Assembly (NCBI GenBank): GCA_003427395.1
Contig: BFEA01000011.1
Span: 5,528,336-5,592,335, forward strand
Direction: 5' to 3'
Source of the DNA: Chara braunii
Taxonomy: Eukaryota; Plantae; Charophyceae
DNA: 64,000 nt
In this document: piece by piece, positions 63,239-64,000 of the stretch
Numbering within the stretch: the first letter of the stretch is position 1
Layout of the letters: every line of letters begins with the position of its first letter
The notes under the pieces: model-generated
Database searches by the model: none
The model's input: the letters and a program-made list of their open reading frames with translations, nothing else
Told to the model about the DNA's origin: nothing
Program-made: the position numbers and the translations under genes

Positions 63239-64000
63239 TTAAGGAGAATGTTTGATTTGCAAGCTTTTTTTCTTAAGTTGTTTTTTCAAAAATATATTTT
63301 TGATTTAAAATCTGGAAGTAGTTTATTCAAAATGTGGTTTGCAAAAGTTTCTTTTCCAAGTTGTTTTAAAGTTTTTATTCTTGACGTAGAAAAGTTAAAG
63401 TGTGGTGTGGAAGTTTTTGTTTCCAAGTTGTTCAAAATGTGGTTTGCAAAATGGTTTTTATAAAATTTTCCAATTAAAGTATTGTAAACGATTACGTGTC
63501 AGAAAAGTGAAATGGGTGAAGAAAACCTATTACAAGTTAGAAAAGTGAAATGGTTTGGAAATCTCTTTCTCAAAGTTGAACAAGTTTTTGTTTTGAATAA
63601 GAAGTATGCATTTTAAAAATTGATTTTTTGAAATGTGGTTCACAAATTTTGTCTCAAGTTGTTGTACAAGTTCTTTTTTTTATATAAAATGATATGCTTG
63701 AGAAAATTCATTCTTCTTTAGCAATTGAAGGTTACAAAAGGGAAAGGGTTATTTCACGTTTTTTACGTGTACCGTGCTGTACATGAGTAAACAATAAAAA
63801 AATTAAAAAAGAACAAAAATGTTTATTAATGAAAGTAATAAATATTTTTAAATATGGGATAATTACGTCAAACGTACTTCGGGGAGAACCTGCTAGCTCT
63901 GAGTTCAAGTGATATTTCATCACTTACCACAATTCCTACGATGATTTTTCAACATCGGTCGGTGGGGATGCTTAGTTTTACCTTTACTTAGGTTTACCTA

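Overview
Eukaryotic nuclear DNA from a green plant. A streptophyte alga such as a charophyte is my inference from the CK2-beta, petA and retroelement sequences and is not verified. It is a draft scaffold with three N-gaps and an untrimmed Nextera mate-pair adapter. Only one intact host gene is supportable: a 5-exon casein kinase II regulatory (beta) subunit (36796-43377, +, 311 aa) whose last intron has minor-spliceosome (U12) signals. The first ~31 kb is decayed and nested mobile DNA: Ty3/gypsy (Tat/Ogre-like) LTR remnants, three families of TIR mini-elements, and a 4.07-kb Penelope-like retroelement with permuted domain order (N-terminal GIY-YIG, CxC linker, RT; Chlamys-type). That element sits in a MITE with an 11-bp TSD, and the MITE sits with its own 8-bp TSD in an LTR-element remnant. 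Other notable items: a ~120-bp microsatellite-associated repeat carrying a hammerhead-ribozyme catalytic core, an in-frame atpA-petA plastid-DNA fusion, and a group II intron maturase fragment directly behind an LTR primer-binding site. All coordinates were read by eye and no database searches were run.
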